From positions 3,348,001 through 3,412,000 of the forward strand of contig CAJFCJ010000001.1 in assembly GCA_904063045.1 (NCBI GenBank): DNA of 64,000 nt, given 5' to 3'. The position numbers were made by a program, and so were the translations under genes. Below are positions 39,966 to 52,163 of this stretch, piece by piece. The notes under the pieces are model-generated. The model made no database searches. It was not told the origin of the DNA and worked only from the letters and a program-made list of their open reading frames with translations. This DNA comes from Dimorphilus gyrociliatus (taxonomy: Eukaryota > Animalia > Annelida). The first letter of the stretch is position 1, and each line of letters starts with the position of its first letter.

Positions 39966-42900
39966 ATGAAGATATTTGACGGGATAATACTATTCTCCTT
40001 ATTAGTTCAGAGTATACAGTTTAAAAATACGAAAACTGCTTTGTTTGATATATACACATTCTGTTGTTTCTTCTTCAGTTTATTCAACTCAGGTAAACCC
40101 GTATAACATTTATAATTGTCTTGAAGATCAAACTGGAGCTGCTAATATCAAATGCGAAATTTGCTCTGCTGGAAAAATTCCTTCTGCCGATAAACTCGGC
40201 TGCTACGGTTAGTTTATTATCTTTTATTACAATGTAGAGAACATTCAATAATGCGTTTGTATTTCCCACTTCAACAATAGATTGTCCATCGCTTTGTAAG
40301 GTTGGAAAATGCGTTATAAGCAACAATTCTACTAAATGTACATCCTGTATTGATGGCTATACATTAAATTTACAGAAAACATGTATAGGTTAGATCTATT
40401 TAATTAATTAAATACGATATGAATTATATGTCTAAATATTGCCTTTATAGCTTGTGGTTCAAATTGTAAATCTTGTACTCTATTGGAGGATGGCAATATA
40501 GATTGTACAACTTGTTTTTCAAATAGTTATAAGGAAATTTCAAATTCAATTTCTCAATGTAAATTATGCTCTTCTTCCCTTACTGGATGTAAGGCTTGCT
40601 CTGATCAAAATACTTGTAATCAATGTCTATCTGGCTATACTCTATCAGACAGCAAATGTATATCATGCGCTAATATTCATCACGCTTGTATTGACTGCGA
40701 TGAAAAGAATCAATGCGTAAAGTGTAAAACAGGCTTCGTATTAAAAGACAATCTGTGTATAGATTGCCCTCGAAATTGTGATTCGTGCGAATTTGAAGAA
40801 AACTTTGTCAAATGTAACAAATGTAAAGCCTATCATACTAACGTAGGTAAAGTGAACTGCAATAATTGCCCTGATAATTGTCTGGAATGCGAACTTATCA
40901 ATGGAAATCTCGTATGTAAAGATGATAAATGTCTACCCAAATATGGTTTAACCGAAACTGGTTCTTGCAATAAATGCCCGGATAATTGTCTCTCTTGCTC
41001 GTGGAATAGAGTTAATTCAAGATTAGAGTGTAATGGTAATAGTATTATACATTCTTGCATTGAAAATGAACAAGGTAAATCGTGGGCTAGAAAAACTGAT
41101 GGAAGTTGTGTAGGTGAGTTATAATTAATATGGATATTTTCCATTTAACTAATGGATCTTTCTTCAAAAAGCTTGTCCAGAAAATTGTCTTAAGTGTTAT
41201 TTCAAGACTGATCAGTCTTCTTCTCCTATTTGCTATCCTTCTAAATGTAACATAAAATATGGATTTGACGATTCAACCTCAACTTGCTTTTCGTGTCCGT
41301 CGGGATGCGATTATTGTAAGAAGGTATCAACTGGAAATATCTGTCTTAAATGCAGCTTTGGATACGCTCCTAAATACAATGTCGGTAGCTCTACAATTGA
41401 ATCGTGCAAATCATGCTCAGCAGTAAATAATTGTGATTATTGCGAAGTTATTAACAACATAGTTAAGTGTTTAAGATCACCTTGCGCTTCAAAATCATCG
41501 GGACAAAATAGAAAGTTTTCTTTCAATACAAAACAATGTTCTGACAGTTGTCCTTCTGATTCGGGATGCAAAACTCAACAAAGTATTGTAGACGAAGGAG
41601 ACTATTGCTATTGTAGAGATTGTCCACTTGGTTCGGCTGTTATTCTATCAGGACAGAATAGTGGCGTTTGTAAATCTTGCGGTATAGATTGTATTGATTG
41701 TCAATTGACCGCCGATAAGACAGACGTTCAATGTAAAACTTGCAGAGGAACAAAACAATATATTGCAGTTTTTGATGGTTCAAATACAATTTTTGGATGT
41801 TATGGTTTGTTAAATACATTAGAATACAAGAAATTACGTATATTTATATATTTTCTGTCTTAGATTGTACGAATGTTAGACAATATTGCCATACACTAGA
41901 CATTTCAAGTGGATCTTGTAAATGTAAAAGCGACTCTTGCATTGGTGATTCATCTAATCCTACAAAGAAAACAGTCATATACGATTCTACTTCTGGAGTT
42001 TGTAAAAGTAATGATTTATTAAATATTAATATTAATAAACGTTTTATTTCCTTCTTATTTTTTCACCAATGAATAGGCTGTAGAGAAGTTGATCCTAATG
42101 GCCTATGGTGCTCGGGAAATTTCAATTCATTCACTTTGGATACTTGTATGGGTGGATACAAAAAGATAACTTCGCCAAGTCTTGTTTGTAGACAAATTCC
42201 TAATGGTTGCGCTAAATCTACTACAAATATTCCTGTTGGTGAAACTTATGTTCAATGTGAAATTTGTGGCCCTGGATACTATTTAGATCCATCGACAAAG
42301 AAATGCCCCTCGTGTAGTTCGGGTTCAGGAATTTCAGCGTGCGAAGAGTGCTTCTTAAAAACGTCGCCAAGCTCGCAAGTTGTTTGTACTAAATGCAGTA
42401 ATACTTCTCCGGGTGTTGGTTACAATTGTAATACTCCTTGTACAAGTTCAGTTGCTAATTGTGAAAATGGTAAATCTTGGGCACAAGATAATACTGGCTC
42501 AAATTGCGGATGTACTTCTTGTCTTTCTACTCATTCCAATACAGGCGGTGTACTTGCAACAAATAATGCTTATTCTGAGTCGTGTCTTTCAACTCTGAAT
42601 ACTCCTACTGTACCGAATTGCGCTACGTATTACGGCAATCCTGTAACTGGATGTAGCAAATGTTCGGATGGATATGCTTTTGCCAGCCTTGCCAATGGAT
42701 GCGTAGGTGACCCCGGTTATTCAAGTTCTTGTAAAAGTGGATATCTTTATTTTACGTCGGGAACCGACGTTGCCTGTGAAGTACCTTCTGAAAATTATAT
42801 GACAAATCCTGTCAGTAATTTACAGCCAATTCTAGTTGATCCTGCGGATAGAGCACCAACAAACGTTCCGTGCCTTTTATATTTGGGTTTAGGTGGTAGC

Positions 42901-45614
42901 ACGTCATCAGATGCAAGGTGTGCTCAGTGTCCATCAGGTTCGATTCTCTCTACAATTGCTGGAAATCTAATTACTAAATATACGTGCCAAACTTGTCCTT
43001 CCTTGTCAAATTGTGAGCTCGTTGCGTCACATAGCGGAAATTGTAGATGTGGTGCGTGTGGATCCAGTCCAGCTGGTAGTGTCAAATTAATATTACCGGA
43101 TAACAGTAACTGTAAAACTTGTGCAGTTATATCCAGTTGTTTAACGCATTCCCTCCGTCTAAAGGACGGCAATTACGAATGTGTTTGCTCACAATGCATA
43201 TTCGGAAAGCATTTATCAAAAGATTTCCTATCTTGCATTGATTGTTCTTCAATCACTTGTACTGGAGGAACTGTACAATTATCTAATGATAATTGTATTT
43301 GTTCATGTTCAAGTGGCAAACTTTTGAATAGAAATAATGATGGCTGTATCTCTTGTTCAAATTCAGAATTCACTGATTGCGTGCCAAATAGCTTTCTATT
43401 GAAACAAGATGACTCTTGCGATTGTTCCACTTGTCCACCATATAGTATTAAGAATAGAGCCAACAATAAATGTCTAAATTGCGCCGAACAAACCACAGGA
43501 TTTGTAGGGAATTGCTCAGTTTGCACAGAAAGTACATCAACACCTGATTCTATTGACGTTTGTAACGAATGTCAGGATGGTTTTTCGTTAAATAAAACCT
43601 CAAACACAGACAAAGGTAATTGTGTCGCTTGTGATAATGGATGCAAAACATGCAATATCGATTCATCTGGATCTACTGCAAATAAATGTACTAAATGCAA
43701 TGCTGGTTTTGCGTTGAACAATGCCGGCACTTGTCTCCAATGTCCAGAAAATTGTGGAGAGTGTAGAGTTGATACGAACAATAACTTGAAAACTTTATGT
43801 TTACAATTTGCCTGCTCAACTGGTGGACTTGTTGACAAAGATTTTACATGTGGATCTTGTCCTGCAAATTGCGCCAAATGTGTTAAAGATATATCCAACA
43901 ATGTAAAATGTCTAATATGTAATGATGCTACTTATTTAGATTCGGATGGATCATGCAAAAGTTGCATTAATGACTGTTCATTCTGTATTGATGGTGTAAG
44001 TTGTTTACCGAACGGTTGTAAAGATGGGTTTATCAGACATAGAACACAGGGAATTTGTATACAATGCTCTGGAGCTGGAGTTTCAAGATGCGTTTATCAG
44101 ACTATTCAAGATGATATTTTGATTCCAAAAACGTGTAAAGAAGGCTTCAAATTTAATGCAAATTTAAATCCAGATGCATGCGAAGGTTTGAATTAATTTC
44201 GATAAATTTCTGACTAATATTGAATTTTATTTTCTCTATTATTTTCAATAGAATGCGCTACAAACTGCAAAAAATGCGATTCATCGGGAAAGGGAAATTG
44301 CGATCCGAATGAATGCCGAGCTGGATACTTTTACGATTCAACAACTAGAAAGTGTTATAAAGTTAAAGAAGGGTGTCTTACATCTGCAAGATCTACTAAC
44401 GAAACAATATGCCAATCGTGTGACAAGTCCATTTCAGTGTTTAGTTCTGGACTGTGCAAAACGTGTCCTGAGGGTTGCGATGAATGTTTCGTTTCTTCGG
44501 AACAGACGATTTTGTGTAGATGGTGCAAAAAGCAGTATTATAGATTAGATAGCGGTCTTTGCTCTTCATGTCCAGAGGGATGTAAAGAATGCTTTATATC
44601 TGGTGGTAACGTAAAGTGTTCATCATGTTTGAATGAATACGCTTTGAATGGGCAATTTTGCACCAAATGTGTGGAAAGCAACTGTAACAATTGCGAAATG
44701 GATGGGAATTCTCCTGTTTGTAAAGAGTGCTTTAGTAAATTCTATTTGAATAATGAACAATGCGGAGAATGTCCAAAATTTTGTAGCGAATGCTCCTACG
44801 ATAATAAGTATGTGTGTAACAAATGCATTAAGAAGTATGCTAGAGATTCTAATGGTATTTGCGTTGCTTGCCCATCATCATGCGAAGAGTGTAGCGTTGA
44901 TGCTAACGATGTAGCTAAATGCTCAAAATGCGATTCTAATGCATTCTCTCTTCAACAAAATGGTACTTGTATATCCTGCAAGGAGGCTACCTTTTCTACG
45001 TGCGCTACGTGCGGTCCAGCAATTAATGGTAGTAAAGTGGAATGTTTGACTTGCGATAAAGGATACGGTCTTCAAGATGATAAATTAGCTTGTCTACCAT
45101 GTTCAATATCAAATTGCGATCTTTGCTCTCACGGTCGGCGATGTTCAAAATGCAAAGCAGGTTTCTATCTTCATAATTATGATAGAGAATGCGCAAGTAA
45201 GTAAATTATCTTCACAATGAAAAATATGTATTTATTAAATTAATGAATTTAGAAAAATGCTACGAATGTAAAGGAAGTCTAGATGACTGCGGAACAAATG
45301 ACCGTCATATTCTTGATGACGAAAGTAAAGTTAAATTAATTGACTGCGGTACTACAGATTGTTGGGTTCATCGGAGAGAAGTTAAAGGCGTTATAACATT
45401 CGAAAGAAGCTGTTCACACGAAGTTTGTACAGCAGATGCATTGAACGAAATTTGCTCGTCGAATAGCGATAGTAGAGAATGTAAAAAGTGTTGCAAAACG
45501 ACGAAATGCAATTCTTGGTTTTTAGACGGTAAAGCCGGTGTTAATAGGCTTAACCAATCCTATTTAACTTTAATATTGTCTATTATTTTCAAATTAATAA
45601 CCTCATTTAAGTGA
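39966..45614 (+). CDS. Copy F: divergent intact 9-exon member of the cysteine-rich furin-like-repeat/Ly6 GPI-type family, about 1,712 aa
   Basis: Exons 39966-40011 (MKIFDGIILFSLLVQ), 40079-40207, 40281-40388, 40451-41113, 41172-41804, 41864-42007, 42077-44185, 44252-45196, 45253-45614. All introns phase 1; total 5,139 nt. Shares family motifs (SWARKTDGSCVG, FIRHRTQGICI, GFYLHNYDRECA, CCKTTKCNSWFLDGKAG plus hydrophobic tail). Confidence 0.85.
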
Positions 45615-46040
45615 TGTTGAAGAGAGAATTTTCAATATCTTATCGATACTTGAAGATAAGAGGGTACAATGGTACTCTTTCCAAAATGTGTTACACGTTA
45701 TACTTGTTTATCTTATATCATGACATTAAGAGGTTCAAGTATAATCTTTTCTCTTCTCGTAGCAACTGATGTCTACGTTGATAACGTAATACAAAGCTAT
45801 GACTTTTGACAGAGTTTGTTTATGAACTGTAGGATTACGAATACTGAAGAGAAGATAAGCTTCAGCTAATGAAGATTTTGAATATTTATTCTAAATTCAC
45901 AAAGTGTAATACTCTTGTGTAATAAGAACTTTCTATTCAATTTCATTGTAGGGCATAATAGAAAGACACTTGACAATGAAAATACATCGTTATAAGTATT
46001 AGTAATGTTCTCTTATTCTTGTCTTTAAGTACCATTTTCT

Positions 46041-47471
46041 TTATGATAATATTTTATGATAAATATCTTTAGGTAAAGTAGACTTTAGATTGTCATACTC
46101 TACTCCTTCAATATCGAACATGATCTTTGATTTCGGAATATTACTCTCTTCCGCCCTTTCGACTATCTGGTCTTTAAATTTACAAATGGCAGATGAAAAT
46201 CCTAGACGCTTTGTCTGATATTCATCGGATGATTCAATACCAATTATCCATATCATTTCATTATTACCCAATTCTGAATTGAATGAATCTGGTAGAACTC
46301 GAATTTTGTCTACATGCGTCAATTCTGATAGATATTTCAAGAAGAAATGAATACTACCGCTGATTAGACCGGCGAAGTCTTGTTCAACGCTTTTTGCAGC
46401 CGTTGCTCTTAGTAACAGGAAATATTTGAAAGCAGTAAAAAATGGGTCTGCTTTTACTAGACTTAACCAATCATCTTGGCCTTTCAGAATTCTCTTTGTA
46501 ATTAAATTTCCATTTCTTAATTCGGACATTATAATTTTAAGGCTGGATTTCGAAACATTATAAGCACAGTTCCTCCGAGGAGAAGTTGGGGTTAAAATTG
46601 GCATTATTTGCGATCTGGCTATACGATTTACTGTACTCCAATTGTAAGTTAGGAATCTTCTGGGTACTGGAATACTAGCTTTGATGGTGACTGGTTTAGG
46701 CCATGGCCAATTGTGAAAGGTTTCAAAAAATTTGGCAACTAGTGTTGAAGCGTCAGAACTAGGATATAATTGATTTATGTATACTAGTAAAATAGTCCAC
46801 GAAACGCCACCAAGAAATCCATACTTGGCATAATAAATCTTTTTTCCTTTAGCCCATAGTTTGATAGCACGTAAAGCGATTCCGAATTCTTCTTTTCTAG
46901 CTATACTTGCGTATATATCGTTTGCAACTTGATAACTATGTACGTTTAACATACTTGGTTCATCCAACTTGTAGTAAATATCAGAGCTTTGTAAAGATTC
47001 GGCACGAGACAAATCTCTAATATTGACGTTTGCATAAACTAAATTCAATTTAACGCCTTTATAAGTGAGTAAAAGAACTGGTATAAGCGTCTTTGGAATT
47101 TTTCTCATAGACGTTACGTCTCGTAACTGTTGAAGTTTAAGAGAAAAAGACGAAAAGAAAGTTGTAATAGGGATATTCTCCGGTGCCATACAAATTAAAT
47201 CCATATTTGAATCTTCTTCAATAAACCCAAGAGCATACGATCCAAAAGGATAAACAAACTTTTCAACAGAATGTAATGAAGATTTTGAATAAGATGACGA
47301 CTCTTCCAGTAGCCACTCTTTGACATGACTATTCATTTCTTTCAAAATTTCATCTCTCTTCCTTACATTTTCTATAGAATCAAAATAACCAAGTTTTGAT
47401 AAAGTGTCCTTTAAATTTAAATCCTTAAAATCTTCAGATACGTCATTTTCTCCATTGCTTCTCGAAGCCAT
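46041..47471 (-). CDS. Poly(A) polymerase-like protein 1 (PAPOLA/PAP1 family, intronless, 476 aa; catalytic Asp substituted)
   Basis: PAP motifs FGSYALG, ALRAIKLWAK, GFLGGVSW, WPWPKPV and MPILTPTSPRRNCAYNVS. The DxD site reads NMD and the third Asp position reads N. Confidence 0.85.
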   Translation of the reverse strand: MASRSNGENDVSEDFKDLNLKDTLSKLGYFDSIENVRKRDEILKEMNSHVKEWLLEESSSYSKSSLHSVEKFVYPFGSYALGFIEEDSNMDLICMAPENIPITTFFSSFSLKLQQLRDVTSMRKIPKTLIPVLLLTYKGVKLNLVYANVNIRDLSRAESLQSSDIYYKLDEPSMLNVHSYQVANDIYASIARKEEFGIALRAIKLWAKGKKIYYAKYGFLGGVSWTILLVYINQLYPSSDASTLVAKFFETFHNWPWPKPVTIKASIPVPRRFLTYNWSTVNRIARSQIMPILTPTSPRRNCAYNVSKSSLKIIMSELRNGNLITKRILKGQDDWLSLVKADPFFTAFKYFLLLRATAAKSVEQDFAGLISGSIHFFLKYLSELTHVDKIRVLPDSFNSELGNNEMIWIIGIESSDEYQTKRLGFSSAICKFKDQIVERAEESNIPKSKIMFDIEGVEYDNLKSTLPKDIYHKILS

Positions 47472-47776
47472 ACTTCAAAAGACAATGTAATTTCTGAAAT
47501 GTAAAATTTAAGCGTATTTGTACAAAGCCGAAATGAAAGTAAAAACAATGCTTAACTCTTAATGGTTGGAAAAACCACCAAGTTAAATGATCCAATTTCA
47601 TATAAAATACATTCTTTTATTGTTTATTATAAATAAAATAAATAATAGAAATAATCTAATTCTACATGTATATTGAAACAAAAGAATTAACAGACTTTAT
47701 CTAGTTCAAATATATAAATAACTGACTTTTGGGGAAATATCCTCAAAACAGGAAAAACATTACATTTACGACAATA

Positions 47777-49201
47777 TCAATTAAGATATCTTTCGAAAAG
47801 TTGATCATAAGCATCTTGGGGTAGAAATGTAGATAATTCTTCGTGTCTGATCGTTGAAACGTCAATTTCAATGTGATTCCTTTCCATCGGAATCTCTTCT
47901 ATTTTCTCAAAAATGGTTCGATTAAAATCATCAATATATGGTCTTAAATAGTTGGCTACAGCTTCTATTGAATCTGTCGTTTTAATACCAATAATCCATA
48001 TTCTACGTTCATCGTTGATAGTCGAATCAAACGAATATGGTAGGGCTTGAACTCTCCTGATGAAATTTTTCGTTTTCGAATCATCCAATTTATTTGTTAA
48101 TACCTTAATTTTGGATTCTATTACAGAGTAAGTTTGGGTTCTGTAGTTTTCGATGGTGTTACCAGTTATTACGATAAATTGCTCATATTTATCAAAGAAA
48201 CGATTCGGTTCAAAGAGAGCTGTCCAATCCCCATTCCTATCTACAATCTCTTTGCAAATAGTGAATCCTTTCTGAAATTCTTCGACAATTAGAGATTTCG
48301 TAGATCTAGTTATACGAAATGCCGAGTTGTTTCGAGGAAAAGATGGAGTCAGAATTGGCATTAAGGCATTTTTATCTCTCGCCAATCTTGATACTTCAAA
48401 GTCGAAAAGTTTTAAATTCTTCACATAGACGTTTTTGCCGATAAACTGTTTGATTTCAACTGGTTTAGGCCAACTCCATTCACGGTAAATGTTGAAAAAT
48501 TGATAAATCAATTGAGAAGGTGAAGCTGTAGGAAACCTTTGACAAATGTAAACGACTAGAATTGTCCAAGAAGTTCCACCCATAATTCCAAGTCTTCTGC
48601 TATAAAAGCCTTTCTGCTTTGCCCATAATTTAATAGCCCTTAGAGCTATCTGGAAAGTTTGTCTATTCGGAATAATCTTTAAAATATCTTGAATAATATG
48701 ATAACCATTCAAACTTATAGCATTTTGGAAATTCATTCCTTCATAAGCATTAGGATGACTAATATTTTTTCTCCCAGTTAAATATTCAATAGGAACGTTG
48801 GAAAATGATATAAACAATTCCGTATCATCTAAAATAAGTCGGATTTGGGGAGTTCGGCAAACTCCTACTGCGATTACTTGCTTCACATTTGGATATTGCT
48901 GAAGTTTTGTGGAAAATAATGTTAAAAAGTCCTCCAAAGAAATAAACTGGGGAGCAATGAAGATTGTATCTAACTTTGAATCTTTTTCCATTACTTCCAA
49001 AACATAGGATCCTAATGGATAGATATACTGCTTTATAGCTTTAATTGCAGTTTTTCTGTCCTCATTATCTTCCACCATTTCCATTATCCATTCCTTAGCT
49101 AAACTTTTAACATTGTTTATTAAAGTAGATCTTTTTGACCTCTCATTCTCCGATTCATAGTGTCCCACTTCAATTAGGTATGTCTCCAAACTAGTTGACA
49201 T
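47777..49201 (-). CDS. Poly(A) polymerase-like protein 2 (intronless, 474 aa; catalytic Asp substituted)
   Basis: LGSYVLE, SLNGY, ALRAIKLWAK, MGGTSW, WSWPKPV and MPILTPSFPRNNS. The DxD site reads KLD and the third Asp position reads F. Confidence 0.85.
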   Translation of the reverse strand: MSTSLETYLIEVGHYESENERSKRSTLINNVKSLAKEWIMEMVEDNEDRKTAIKAIKQYIYPLGSYVLEVMEKDSKLDTIFIAPQFISLEDFLTLFSTKLQQYPNVKQVIAVGVCRTPQIRLILDDTELFISFSNVPIEYLTGRKNISHPNAYEGMNFQNAISLNGYHIIQDILKIIPNRQTFQIALRAIKLWAKQKGFYSRRLGIMGGTSWTILVVYICQRFPTASPSQLIYQFFNIYREWSWPKPVEIKQFIGKNVYVKNLKLFDFEVSRLARDKNALMPILTPSFPRNNSAFRITRSTKSLIVEEFQKGFTICKEIVDRNGDWTALFEPNRFFDKYEQFIVITGNTIENYRTQTYSVIESKIKVLTNKLDDSKTKNFIRRVQALPYSFDSTINDERRIWIIGIKTTDSIEAVANYLRPYIDDFNRTIFEKIEEIPMERNHIEIDVSTIRHEELSTFLPQDAYDQLFERYLN

Positions 49202-50099
49202 GATAAAGCGCTAAATCTTTATATCACCAGAAAACTATTTGATATTTGAATGACAAAGAACTCTAGCCTTATATACTAATTTATTGCGTCATAAAAACAT
49301 TCAATTTTTATGAACATTTCTAAATATAGGTATAGAAATAAGTGTATTTTACAAGTTTCAGTTTCCTATTGTTGTTATCTCATCAGGTGATTTAGGGAAA
49401 CACAGTTTTCTATAGAATCTATAGATTTCAATTGGAATGTTTTATTGGTAAGATTAATAACAATGATTAAAATAAATAGGAATTTGCTTTTTACGGAGAT
49501 AATCAATCTAATAGATTATTGGTTATTAAATTATATTGTCGTGATTTTAACTTTTATTTCTCGTTGTTTAACTTGATCTCTGATCCTTATCTTTCGAAAC
49601 CTAATAATTCATCTAATCATTATGTCACAAAGTTTATCTAGTTTCAATTAATATTTAGATGGACAGTCGGAAATTTTTGCTTTTTCACGCGTATGAAATA
49701 GAAATTGACAAAGAAATATGGCTTTTAAAACCTGATATTAATATTCTTACAACTTGAATAGTAATTGTTACATAATTTCGTAAAAGCCCTGTTTTAAACT
49801 GTTTATTTTTAGAATAGATGCTCTACGGTATGACATCAGACAAAACTAATATATGATCATTATCAACTTTTCAATATACATACAACGAAACAGTAGTGAT
49901 ACAAGAATCAATAGAGAAAACGCCAGATTTTGACGCCAGACGTTTATCCAAAAGACTACTCTGTCTGTAAAAAGCAGGGACAGTGCCACAAAAACCGGAA
50001 GATTAATTAATATGTTTATTAATGATAACTCTACCGATATAATCATACTTCTTGTTTTATTTTAACTCTATTATCTAATATAATCTTATCAAATTTGAA

Positions 50100-51560
50100 T
50101 CAAAATATTTCAGAAATGATATCTTCAGGTAAAACGCTTTCTAATTCATTTGTATCTTGATTCTCAATACTAAAGATGATGTCTTTGGATAGTCGAGCTT
50201 CGGCGATCTTACTCTGAACATCTTTTGAAAATGCATCGAGTAAACGATCAAATTCGTCGCTATCGTGACTGTACGAATTTCGTTTATATCCAATAAACCA
50301 ATACCTTTCCTCAGTCGAATATGAATCATAATATTTTGGACACAAATGCGTTTCCTGCACTCGATATAAATTATCTATTTTCTTAACAAGTACTAAAATC
50401 CTCGATTCGAGTAAATCAATCCATTTCGTTAGGTTCATTTTCATATTTGTTGAAGTTTTAACAACCATAAATGTCGAGTAGTTGTCAAAAAAATTGAATG
50501 ATTCAAATAGATTATCCCATGATAATTTCCCTGCTACAATATCTTCCATAATTTCCGATGCTCTCTCCATTTCCTTTAAAATGATACTTCTTGTCGATTT
50601 CGTTACTGCACTAGTTAAATTTTGCTGAGGAAAGGCTGGAGTAATGATTGGCATGAAATCTACAACATTCCTTTTAGGTAGTGGATCCCATTCGGTTAAT
50701 TTTGATTTTTTCATCGCAATACCTACATCAATATTCTTAATTTTTACCGGTAAAGGCCATTTCCAGGTTGCAAATTCTTTAAAGAATTTACTCAATAGTA
50801 TTCCAACAACGGCATTCTCATTCGATTGACATATTTTAAGTAATAGAATTGTTAATGACATTTCTCCCAAATATCCATATTTACTATTGTCAAGACCTCG
50901 GTTTTTAGCCCATAGTTTAAGGGCGGAAAGAGCTAAATTGAAATTTTCCAGTTGTGTTATACACTGCAAAATAGCCTTAGCAATATGATAGCCATGAAAA
51001 CTCAAACTGCTTTCTTTATCCATTGTATTATATATGGATACATTATCAATACTTTTATTTCCAAGTAAAAAGCTCACCTCCACATTAGAAAGGAATAGAT
51101 TAACATGGACATCAGAATAGTAGAAAGATATTACGGGAACACTACTTTTTGTAATTAACGCTAATTCTCTCACCTTTTGTAAAGAGTCAAGTTTACTTGC
51201 AAAGGCTTTGAAAAATTGGTCACGGCGAATTTCTCTCGGCGCAAGACATAACAAGTCTAGAGTTGAAGTTTTTTCAACAACGCCCAAAGTAAATGATCCC
51301 ATTGGTTTAATGAAATTTTGAACGCTTCGAATAATTGTAAGAATATCTGGCTTTTCCGTAAGACTACTATGATACCAAGTTCTAAGAAATGAATTAATTG
51401 CTCTAATAACCCAATTTCTCTTAAACTTTTCGCAATCCGAATTGCCGTAGCCATTTTCGCGAAGTGTATTTTCTAAGTCACTCATACAATTGAATTCCTC
51501 TTCACTAGGAAACTCTCTACCAATTATTTTTCTTTGCGTATTAGATCTCGTATCAGTCAT
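50100..51560 (-). CDS. Poly(A) polymerase-like protein 3 (intronless, 486 aa; catalytic Asp substituted)
   Basis: MGSFTLG, ALSALKLWAK, WKWPLPV and FMPIITPAFPQQNLT. The DxD site reads TLD and the third Asp position reads N. Confidence 0.85.
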   Translation of the reverse strand: MTDTRSNTQRKIIGREFPSEEEFNCMSDLENTLRENGYGNSDCEKFKRNWVIRAINSFLRTWYHSSLTEKPDILTIIRSVQNFIKPMGSFTLGVVEKTSTLDLLCLAPREIRRDQFFKAFASKLDSLQKVRELALITKSSVPVISFYYSDVHVNLFLSNVEVSFLLGNKSIDNVSIYNTMDKESSLSFHGYHIAKAILQCITQLENFNLALSALKLWAKNRGLDNSKYGYLGEMSLTILLLKICQSNENAVVGILLSKFFKEFATWKWPLPVKIKNIDVGIAMKKSKLTEWDPLPKRNVVDFMPIITPAFPQQNLTSAVTKSTRSIILKEMERASEIMEDIVAGKLSWDNLFESFNFFDNYSTFMVVKTSTNMKMNLTKWIDLLESRILVLVKKIDNLYRVQETHLCPKYYDSYSTEERYWFIGYKRNSYSHDSDEFDRLLDAFSKDVQSKIAEARLSKDIIFSIENQDTNELESVLPEDIISEIF

Positions 51561-52163
51561 TTTCTCTCGTTTGTCAAGTGAACTCGCCTTCCCTTCGTAT
51601 ACGTAAGAATATTGTTTATTTCTTTTTGAGATTAAATATATAAGTTAACCATAAAAAATATCTAATTATCTTTCAGATTAGATACAAGACGTCTCTTTAT
51701 ATGCTGTCATTTATTAAGAAATTATCAGTTTTGATGAATTTTATCATTTCTTTTCAAATTATTATTTTCTTCCTCAATTCATCATTCCAATGAATAGAAC
51801 AAAGAGAAAATTATCAATATTCTTCCATCTTTTGATGATATATTTTCTAGTTTTTCTCCTATTGATAGACAATATCAATAAATATAATAAGTAGGTCTAT
51901 ATATGGTTTATTTTGCTTGAGCTTTCTTGCTATACATAGATCATAATTATCTGAATAGATAACAAATTATTTCCTCTTATCTATTCATATTAATTAATAA
52001 GACCATATATAATTTCTGATCATAACTATTAGCCTATACTATATACAGTATATAAAATCACCTCTTCAAACGAGGTTTAGTCATTATGGAATGATATTAG
52101 TATATATGTGTATTGGTAATTATAATATTATTCTCGTATTCATTTCAAAATTTCAAGTTTTCT

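Noticed and set aside
1-45614. Protist origin (Giardia VSP or ciliate surface antigen locus)
   Set aside because: TAA/TAG act as stops (not ciliate code), genes are intron-rich, there is no VSP-type CRGKA cytoplasmic tail, and neighbours are metazoan-type GPCR, NLR and LDLa-LRR genes. The similarity is treated as analogy only.
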